NCBI GenBank assembly: GCA_965246885.1
Contig: OZ251992.1
Coordinates: forward strand, 1,600,001-1,664,000
Direction of reading: 5' to 3'
Source: Abditibacterium sp.
GTDB taxonomy: Bacteria; Armatimonadota; Abditibacteriia; Abditibacteriales; Abditibacteriaceae
Length of the DNA stretch: 64,000 nucleotides
Shown: in pieces, positions 56,959 to 64,000 of the stretch
Position numbering within the stretch: the stretch's first letter is position 1
Layout: the number at the start of each line of letters is the position of its first letter
Program-made: the position numbers and the translations under genes
Notes under the pieces: model-generated
Told to the model about the DNA's origin: nothing
What the model saw: the letters and a program-made list of their open reading frames with translations, nothing else
The model's database searches: none

Positions 56959-57130
56959 CGCCCAAGACAAAAACGGAACCGTCAAAGACCAGAACAGACC
57001 CGTCCCAGACGAAGTCAGAACCGTCCCGGACGAAGTCAGCGGCGTCCCGGACGAAGTCAGCGGCGTCCCGGACGAAGTCAGAGGCGTCCCAGACGGAGTC
57101 AGAGGCGTCCCAGACGAAGTCAGAGGCGTC
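56959..57130. repeat. 21-bp tandem repeat (6 near-identical + 2 degenerate units)
   Basis: cgtccc(a/g)gacgaagtcag.. units at 57001, 57022, 57043, 57064, 57085 and 57106; degenerate units at 56959 and 56980. Confidence 0.92.
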
Positions 57131-57147
57131 ATGGATGGGAAAGAAAC

Positions 57148-57299
57148 GTTCGTAGTAGCGCCCTAAGGCGCGTTACTCGCGCCAAATAACGCGCCTCACG
57201 GCGCTACTACGAACTCGCTTCGCGTCAAATCCGTTTGTAGTAGCGCCGTGAGGCGCGTTATTTGGCGCGAGTAACGCGCCTTAGGGCGCTACTACGAAC
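57148..57299. mobile_element. GTAG-type REPIN doublet (two 67-bp REP pairs in inverted orientation)
   Basis: 57148-57214 and 57233-57299 are reverse complements with 1 mismatch. Each is itself an inverted pair of REP-like units starting gtagtagcgcc...ggcgcgtta. Confidence 0.8.
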
Positions 57300-57316
57300 T
57301 TTGACGAACTTTGAGA

Positions 57317-60300
57317 CTACGAATTGGGAAATTCCGCCAATTCCGCGACCAGTGCGTTGGTGCGGTGCGCCACGTGCGCGACGCGGCGGATGAGGTCGAG
57401 GAGATAGCGCGGGTCGCCTTGGCGGTTGGGGTCGCTGGCCAAACCGGAGCGGGCGTCGGTTTTGACGCGCAGCGATTCGACGAGCCAATCGAGGGCGCTC
57501 CGGTTGCCCAATTTATACGCGAACAGGTCGCTCGTAAAGCCGTCGAGCGCGAGCGTCGGGTTGAGAACGAGGCTCGTTTTGTCGGCGTTCCACTTCATCT
57601 TTTCGACGCGATACGAGAGTTTGTCACCCCGCTCTTTCATCGCCTTGTCGCGCGTGTCGCGGGGGCGGAGCGGCTCGTGGAACGGCGCACTCTCGAAGCC
57701 GACGTGCAAATCGCCCAATTCGCGCCCAATTTCGGCGACGCGCGCGAACGGGAGCGGCCACAACGGGACGCGCGGCAGGTCGCGCTTGAGGTTCTCGGCG
57801 TATTTGGCGCGATACGTCGGGTGATGCAACAGCGCGTACACGAAGTGGAAGATGTCCTCTTTGGAAACCGCCTCGCCGTAAGCCGCGCGAAACCCCGCGA
57901 GGGCGTGCGCCGTGATGTTCTCCGTCCGCTCCGCCCCGTCGGGCGAGTAGGTGTAGAGCGGGAAACACTGCGAGTCGCCCGTAAGATGCCTATCGCCAAT
58001 GCAGTCGGTCATTAAACACATGAAGGGCGCCTGAACCCCGCTGTCGGAAACAACTATAAGCCGGTTCTCCGAGTCTGGTGTCGGGAAGTAGCGAGGTAAC
58101 AAGCCGGGATGATTGACCAGAATTGGGTCAAGGTAAATGTATTGTTTGCAAAAAGGGCGAAACAAGGCGGGGTAGATTTTCGCGTCATCGAACATGGCAC
58201 GCGCTCCCCGCAGCAAGTCCCGCTTCAAATTTCGGCTCCACTTGATTCCCGAATAATCCACGAAATCATCAACGGGCGTTTTGCGGTCGCTCAGTTGCCA
58301 GCGCGCCACCTCGGAGTTGTAAATCTCGATGAAACGCTTGATGTTCTCCTCCAACTTGGGACGTTGGAAATCGTAAACCACTTCGTCGCGGCTTGTTTGC
58401 GCGCCATTAGAGTAACTGCGAAAAACCGTCTCAATATCCGGCGAAAAGCTGGCTTTGGCGCTCTTGGTTCCAAGCGGCAGGAACGAATCGAAATCTTCGT
58501 CCATGCCTTCGGTCAGCCACACGTTGCGCGCGTTGGGTGCGAGCGTTTGCCATTCCACGCCGTCCACATTTTTCGCCGCTTGCAAGAAGGTCAGCTTTTC
58601 GCCGCGCCGCGCGGTTTCGGGGACGCGGTGGTAGCGGATGAACCGCTCTGATGAACTCGAATTGCGAACCAAAAGGGTGATGCCAACGCCGACTTGGATG
58701 CCGAAGACGTTGTGCGCCGTGCCGCTCAGCTTCGGGTTCTGGCGCACGTTGCCGTGCAAGTCGAGGTGCCAGATGTGGTTGAAGCGCGCGCCCAACACGC
58801 TCCTCATGCCGTCGAAGGCGAACTGGTCAACGAACGAGTTATTGGTCACGAAGCAGATGATGCCGTCCCCGCCGTTCAACCGCTCTTCGGCCCATTTGAA
58901 GAAGCGCACATACGGGTCGTAAAGCGCGTTTTTGTTGGTCGCGCCCGATGCTTTGGCGTAAGTCGCTTTGATGGCGGCGTCCAACTGGGGGTAGGCGCGG
59001 TTTTTGTTGTTGTCGTTCTCGTTCTTTTGGCCGACGTTGTAGGGCGGGTTGCCGATGATGACGGTGATGGGCGCGGCCATTTCGCGTTCGACGCGCTCGG
59101 CGTTTTCCTCGTCGAACTCTTTGATGGTCAGTTGGCTGCCCTTGAACAGGTCGAGCGTGTCGGCGAAGCACAGCCCCTCGAACGCGCGGTATTCGGGAAA
59201 GGTGTCGAAGTATTTGTGTTCGATGTTGCCCGCCGCGATGTAGTAGGGCAGGAGCATGATCTCGTTGGCCCACAGTTCGCGGTTGTATTTGGCTTCGAGG
59301 GCGAAGGGTTGGCCGAGGTCGTTGGCGATGAAGTCCATCACGCGCACGAGGAAGTTGCCCGTGCCGGTGCAAGGGTCGAGAATATGCACGCCCTCATCGG
59401 CGAGCGAGCGGTTCCACTCGGCTTGCAGGGTTTGTTCGACCGAACTCACCATCCAGTTGACGATTTCTTGGGGCGTATACACGATGCCCATCGTGTCGGC
59501 GCTGTCGGCGGAGTAGTTCTGGAAAAACTTCTCGTAAACCGTGTTCAAAAACGCCTGCTTGTCGCTCCACAATTCGATGGTGGCGCCGGTTTTTTCGATT
59601 TCGGTGTAGTAGTGGTCGAGCGGCGCGAGAAACTTGTCGCGCGAAAACTTGCGCGCCGTGAGCGCGTGGATGACCTTTTCGATTTCGCGCGCGACTGCGT
59701 TGTGTTGCACCCAGTCCGAACTCGAAAACACCCCGCGAAACAGCCGCTCGGTGAGCAAGTGCTGAATCAACATCTCGCGCACCGCCTCGACTTTGATGCC
59801 CGGATTGAGCGCGCTTTTGCATAAGGCGAAGAAGCCGTCGAACGCCTTTTTGAAGCGCGCGCTTTCGCTCAGTTCAACGGCAATCAGTTCGTCCAACGCG
59901 CGGGCGACAGTCGGTATATGGAGCGAGAAGCCCTCCATCGCTGCCTTGAAGCCAACGCGGTCTTCGGGCGAGTAACCAAAGAACTGGTCGAGCAGGGCCG
60001 TCAATTCGTCCCGCTTCTGGATATTGAACGTCGGCCCGCGCCGCCCGTTTTGGAACAAGACCGCCGTGCGCGTGTCCTCGAAGATGGTGTTGCTCGTCGG
60101 GTAGCCGATGGCGATTTTCTTCCCGATTTCGGCGTCCAACTTGTCCTTTTCATCCTTGGCTTCCCAGTAGCCAAAGGGGAAGCGCGCTTTGGTGCGAATC
60201 ACGCCGTCAATGAACTTCCCTTTCGCCACGTCCGCTTCGCCGACAAACACGAGGTCGCGCGCCTCGCTTTGCTCGATCAGCAGCGACTTAAACGCGCTCT

Positions 60301-60388
60301 GGGTGTTCTTCTCGTTGGCAAACCCCTGCTCTTTGATGTCGCGCAAGCGGATGTAGTAGTTGTCAAGGGAAGTTTCAAGGGCCAGCAT
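57317..60388 (-). CDS. Single-polypeptide restriction-modification enzyme (Type IIG / helicase-less Type ISP-like): PD-(D/E)xK nuclease + amino-MTase + TRD
   Basis: FIDG...GYWEAK; GIVYTP, ILDPCTGTG, IGNPPYN, FDGMR, DLHGN, NVFGIQVGV; C-terminal FRPF, FPLY, ENIT, Y..LH..YR, YKLGNRSALDW. Confidence 0.88.
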   Translation of the reverse strand: MLALETSLDNYYIRLRDIKEQGFANEKNTQSAFKSLLIEQSEARDLVFVGEADVAKGKFIDGVIRTKARFPFGYWEAKDEKDKLDAEIGKKIAIGYPTSNTIFEDTRTAVLFQNGRRGPTFNIQKRDELTALLDQFFGYSPEDRVGFKAAMEGFSLHIPTVARALDELIAVELSESARFKKAFDGFFALCKSALNPGIKVEAVREMLIQHLLTERLFRGVFSSSDWVQHNAVAREIEKVIHALTARKFSRDKFLAPLDHYYTEIEKTGATIELWSDKQAFLNTVYEKFFQNYSADSADTMGIVYTPQEIVNWMVSSVEQTLQAEWNRSLADEGVHILDPCTGTGNFLVRVMDFIANDLGQPFALEAKYNRELWANEIMLLPYYIAAGNIEHKYFDTFPEYRAFEGLCFADTLDLFKGSQLTIKEFDEENAERVEREMAAPITVIIGNPPYNVGQKNENDNNKNRAYPQLDAAIKATYAKASGATNKNALYDPYVRFFKWAEERLNGGDGIICFVTNNSFVDQFAFDGMRSVLGARFNHIWHLDLHGNVRQNPKLSGTAHNVFGIQVGVGITLLVRNSSSSERFIRYHRVPETARRGEKLTFLQAAKNVDGVEWQTLAPNARNVWLTEGMDEDFDSFLPLGTKSAKASFSPDIETVFRSYSNGAQTSRDEVVYDFQRPKLEENIKRFIEIYNSEVARWQLSDRKTPVDDFVDYSGIKWSRNLKRDLLRGARAMFDDAKIYPALFRPFCKQYIYLDPILVNHPGLLPRYFPTPDSENRLIVVSDSGVQAPFMCLMTDCIGDRHLTGDSQCFPLYTYSPDGAERTENITAHALAGFRAAYGEAVSKEDIFHFVYALLHHPTYRAKYAENLKRDLPRVPLWPLPFARVAEIGRELGDLHVGFESAPFHEPLRPRDTRDKAMKERGDKLSYRVEKMKWNADKTSLVLNPTLALDGFTSDLFAYKLGNRSALDWLVESLRVKTDARSGLASDPNRQGDPRYLLDLIRRVAHVAHRTNALVAELAEFPNS

Positions 60389-60561
60389 GGGCGGGCAGTT
60401 TAAATCGCCGCGATGGAGCGGGGCTACCGCCCTTTTTCAATCTCCGGCTCATCGGTTGAGCGGAAGAGTAGGGTAGTCCCGTTCCCCTCTATCTCTTCCA
60501 ATCACCGGCCTCGTTTCTTCCAAGTAGGGAGTAATGGTATATTATCTTTCGAGGGAATACT

Positions 60562-62814
60562 ATGAAGAATTGGCGAATCGTGTTGGGGATGGCGGTCGGG
60601 GTGGGCGGGAGCTTGCTCCCGGCCCGCGCGCAGGTTTTCATTAAGCCGACTGGCTTTAAAGCGATGCCCGTGCGCGTGCAGAGTCTGCACGCCGATGTGG
60701 ACATCGTGGGCGCTGTCGCGGTCACGCACTGGTCGCTCAAGGCCCAGTTGGAAACCGCCAGATTCGGCGGCGGTGTGAGCGACTTCGTCCTCGCGCGTCC
60801 CGTAGATGCCAAGGTGACGGCGTTCAGCGTGTTGCAAGGGCAGAACACTTTGTTTGGTAACGTAGTTGAACGCGCCGCTATCGCGCCCGTCGTGACATTC
60901 CCAACGGCCAAGGATGACCCGCTGCTGCTCAGTGGCCTGACCGAGCGCAACTCCTTTCACGCCACCATTTACCCGTTTCCCGCGTATTGGGACGAGGCTA
61001 CTTTCAGTGGGACGTGGGTGCAACTCCTCCATCCCTCGGCCAACGGCGCGGCGACGTTCCGCTTGCCGCTTCTGTCGCTCAAAGGCGCCACTATGCGCGT
61101 GCCGGAGCTAAACGTGCGGGTTTCCGTCCACGACGGCGCGTGGGGCGCGGCCTCCAACTCGTATGAGTTACCCGTTGGACGGCAAGGCGACGCGCGGGTG
61201 TGGACGCTTGGCCAAAAAGGTTACCGCGTCACGCACGACCTGTCCTTTGCGCTGCGCCCCGCAAGGGCGCTTTCGCCGCTCCCGTTCTTGATGTCGGCTG
61301 ATGGGCATTTCGCCTTGTCGTTTGTGGCGCCCGCCACGTTGCGCAACCCGCGCGTGGTGGGCGTGGGCATCCAAAGCAGCACGGCGAGTTCCCGTTCCGT
61401 GCGCCGGGGCGAACTGGTCAGCGTGGTGGGCACTTTCGCGGGCGACCCCAACACGCTACGCGCCCACTTGTCCGCCGATGGGTTAAGGCGCGAGATGCCG
61501 CTCATTCCCGTTCCGAACGAGGCGGCGCGCGGGTTGTGGGCGACGGCGCAAATCAATGCTCTGGCCGCGCGCAAAGGGAGCCGCGCCCAAGTTGTCGCGC
61601 TGAGCAAACGCTTCGCGGTCGCTTCGCCCTACACGACGTGGCTGTGCGTGGGCGACGAGGACTTGCGCATTTACCGCCACGCCCTCGTGTCGGCGCAACT
61701 CGACCCCCTCGTGCGCGAGTATTGGATGAGCGTCGCGCGCGGGCAAGAGAAGGGCGCCCGCGCCGCGCGGCTCCAACACGCCATCGCGCAAATCAGCCGG
61801 GGCAACGGCTTAAACGTCGAGGACGAGCTTTATGTGCGCTTGGGCAGCGCTTACAAATACGTCCTCTGGCAGAAATACGACGACTATAGCCCGAACAAAA
61901 AGCAGAACCACATCGGCGCCGACGCCCGCATCACCCGCCTGCGGGCCAAAATGCAGCATTACGTCCAAGCCAAATCCGGCGTCAAGCCCGAATCCTCCGT
62001 TGACTGGTATACCGGCTTCAACCGCGATAAGATGCACGACTTGCGCGAGAAAATCAAGGCCGCCTACCGCGCGCCGCATCCCGACTACGCGCAAATCAGC
62101 AAGTGGGAACACCGCTTCGCTCAGCTTTACGGCAGCACAGATGTCGACCCGCGCTTGGAGTTTTGGCGCGTGCGCGTCAACTCGCAGAATCTGGAATTGC
62201 AGACGACGCGCGCCGAAAAATCGGGCGACAAAACGCTCCTCGCGGCCTTGCAGAAGGAGCGCAAAGAGATTACGAGCGGCCTTTACTTCACCAACAACAT
62301 CGGCGACCCGCCGATTTATGTCCAGGCGCCCGCCGATGCGCGCGAAGTGGTGGCGGTCATGCCCGATGGCCAAGTGAAGACGCTCGATTACAACGCCGCG
62401 CAAAAGCGGTGGGAAGGGAACTACGACGTGCCCGTCGGCACGCGCGACGGCGATTACCGCATCCACATCGTTGCTGTGTTCGCCGACGGCTCGCGCCATG
62501 TTCACGACCAAGCGTTTCGCGTGGACACGCACGCTCCGACGGGGCGCGGGGTGGTGCAATGGTCGCCGCGCGGCGACGGAGCGCTGCGCTTGGAAGTCGC
62601 GGGCGGCGGCGATGTCGCGTTCGTGTCGGCGCTACTGCCTTGGGGCGAGAAGGTGGCGCTGCTGCCTTCGACGCAGGCAGGTAACTCGTTTTTTGGCCTC
62701 GCTCAGGCGCCCGCGCAGTGGCGGGGTCAGCCCATCGCCGTCCACTTCGTGTTGGCAGACGGCGCGCACAACACCACCGCCATCGCGGTCGAGGCGACGG
62801 AGGGCGCGCGGTGA
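60562..62814 (+). CDS. Secreted VIT-domain-like protein lacking a recognisable vWA domain
   Basis: Signal peptide; VIT-like FVLARPVDAKVTAF; LWATAQI...LSKRFAVASPYTTWL; C-terminal beta-rich domain GDPPIYVQAPADA. Confidence 0.6.
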   Translation: MKNWRIVLGMAVGVGGSLLPARAQVFIKPTGFKAMPVRVQSLHADVDIVGAVAVTHWSLKAQLETARFGGGVSDFVLARPVDAKVTAFSVLQGQNTLFGNVVERAAIAPVVTFPTAKDDPLLLSGLTERNSFHATIYPFPAYWDEATFSGTWVQLLHPSANGAATFRLPLLSLKGATMRVPELNVRVSVHDGAWGAASNSYELPVGRQGDARVWTLGQKGYRVTHDLSFALRPARALSPLPFLMSADGHFALSFVAPATLRNPRVVGVGIQSSTASSRSVRRGELVSVVGTFAGDPNTLRAHLSADGLRREMPLIPVPNEAARGLWATAQINALAARKGSRAQVVALSKRFAVASPYTTWLCVGDEDLRIYRHALVSAQLDPLVREYWMSVARGQEKGARAARLQHAIAQISRGNGLNVEDELYVRLGSAYKYVLWQKYDDYSPNKKQNHIGADARITRLRAKMQHYVQAKSGVKPESSVDWYTGFNRDKMHDLREKIKAAYRAPHPDYAQISKWEHRFAQLYGSTDVDPRLEFWRVRVNSQNLELQTTRAEKSGDKTLLAALQKERKEITSGLYFTNNIGDPPIYVQAPADAREVVAVMPDGQVKTLDYNAAQKRWEGNYDVPVGTRDGDYRIHIVAVFADGSRHVHDQAFRVDTHAPTGRGVVQWSPRGDGALRLEVAGGGDVAFVSALLPWGEKVALLPSTQAGNSFFGLAQAPAQWRGQPIAVHFVLADGAHNTTAIAVEATEGAR

Positions 62815-64000
62815 AATACGTCTATGTGGCGGCGCTTGCGGCGATTCTCTCCTTGGGTGCGCTCCGTCTGGGGAGCGGTGCGGCCCATTCGCCCATACCG
62901 CGTGACGCCGATTTCTCCTCGACGCGCGAGGTGCGCTCCTTGGGTGTCGGGGCCGATGGAACATTGTGGGCGCGCACGAGTGGCGGTGCCCTGCGCTGGC
63001 AACGCGGCGCGTGGACGAAGTTTGCCGCCGCTCCGCTTCCGACCGCATCGAACGCCCCGACGTGGCGCGGGCAGAGCGTGACGTGGTCGTTCGATGGGCT
63101 GACCGTTGGCGGGCGGCGCGTTCCATTTCCGCCCTCGCGCGGCACGCATATCAGCGCCGTTTTGCCGCGCGGCAAAGCGTTGTGGGCCGCCGTGTTTGGC
63201 GACGGGATCTGGGCGTGGAACGGAGCACGTTGGGCGCGGCCCGCGTTGGGGTTGCCCCCGCAAGCGCGCGACATCACGGCGCTTGCGCAAAGCCGCGACG
63301 CCGCAACCGTGTGGATGGGCACGCGACGCGCGGGCGTGTGGACACTTGGGCGCGGCATGTGGCGGCAACACGTGGAAGCCGACGAACCCTTTGCGAGCAA
63401 CATCCAATCGCTCCAATGGTTTCGCGGCGCGTTGTGGGCGGGCACCTTGGAAGACGGCTTGGTCGTCCACGACGCGAGCGGTTGGAAGCATATCGGCAAA
63501 GGCGACCTGTCCTCGAACGCGCCGCGCCAGATGGTGGTGTTCCGGGGCAAGTTGTATGTGCGCCACTCCGACGAAGTCGTAGACCAGTTCGACGGCACGA
63601 CATGGAAGCGCAACGTGTTCCCGCTTTTGCCGCGCAAGCAGATCATCTCCATCGCCGCCGACGGGGAGCGCTTGTATTTGGGGCAATGGGGCGGCTGGAG
63701 CGAGTGGGACGGGCGCACCTTCTCCCATCACCTGCGTTTGCCGGAACTACAGATCGTGCCCCTCTTGCATATCCTTCCCGATGGCAAAAACTTGTGGTTG
63801 GGAACGGAGAATCGGGGCCTGTTTCGGTGGAATCGTCGCGCCCATGCACTCGAACGCTTCGACGAACGCGACGGCTTGCCGCAAGACTGGATGTCCGCCC
63901 TCGCGCAAAGCGACGGCGTGCTGGTGGCCGGAACTTTCGGTGCCGGTCTCGCGTGGCGCGCGAAGAACCAAACCGCGTGGCACACCGTGCCGCCTTTGAG
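62811..64000 (+). CDS. Secreted beta-propeller (two-component-regulator-propeller-like) protein, 3'-truncated
   Basis: GTG at 62811 (GTGA overlap with the previous stop); frame open to the window end, so absent from the ORF track. Repeats LWAAVFGDG, VWMGTRRAG, LWAGTLEDG, LWLGTENRG, DGLP. Confidence 0.8.
   Translation, partial: MKYVYVAALAAILSLGALRLGSGAAHSPIPRDADFSSTREVRSLGVGADGTLWARTSGGALRWQRGAWTKFAAAPLPTASNAPTWRGQSVTWSFDGLTVGGRRVPFPPSRGTHISAVLPRGKALWAAVFGDGIWAWNGARWARPALGLPPQARDITALAQSRDAATVWMGTRRAGVWTLGRGMWRQHVEADEPFASNIQSLQWFRGALWAGTLEDGLVVHDASGWKHIGKGDLSSNAPRQMVVFRGKLYVRHSDEVVDQFDGTTWKRNVFPLLPRKQIISIAADGERLYLGQWGGWSEWDGRTFSHHLRLPELQIVPLLHILPDGKNLWLGTENRGLFRWNRRAHALERFDERDGLPQDWMSALAQSDGVLVAGTFGAGLAWRAKNQTAWHTVPPL

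Noticed and set aside
56932..57132. 66-aa ORF of TPLTSSG repeats
   Set aside because: It is most simply the translation of the 21-bp repeat; no independent coding evidence.
56959..57310. CRISPR array
   Set aside because: The 21-bp units are contiguous with no unique spacers, the neighbouring element is an inverted doublet, and no cas genes were recognised.

Overview
High-GC bacterial chromosomal window, densely coding (about 50 CDS). I recognised no rRNA, tRNA, CRISPR array or transposase. Gene content (TolC/RND and a GT9 heptosyltransferase together with amidase-GerMN-murI and many secreted glycoside hydrolases) suggests a diderm Terrabacteria lineage such as Armatimonadota/Abditibacteriota; this is an inference only. 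Housekeeping genes: pyrF, nrdJ with tandem NrdR boxes, holA, hisF/hisI, murI, rdgB, tpiA, pgk. Accessory or unusual content: (1) an AAA-wHTH ATPase plus an orphan 1216-aa BrxC/PglY(DUF6079)-like ATPase with no other BREX genes, directly upstream of a Hen1-Pnkp RNA-repair pair that is split by a 40-bp-arm hairpin; (2) a PilZ-TM-coiled-coil-GH26 fusion and a degenerate GGDEF protein with an intact I-site; (3) a DprE1/DprE2-like pair and a GT87-like transferase; (4) a single-chain Type IIG/ISP-like restriction-modification gene next to a GTAG-type REPIN doublet; (5) several dispersed intergenic degenerate arrays with a 21-bp period; (6) a ~100-bp tract of atypical codons inside tpiA; (7) signs of leaderless or SD-less translation initiation. 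All family assignments come from motifs read by eye, not from database searches. Many starts were moved downstream of the ORF-track starts.
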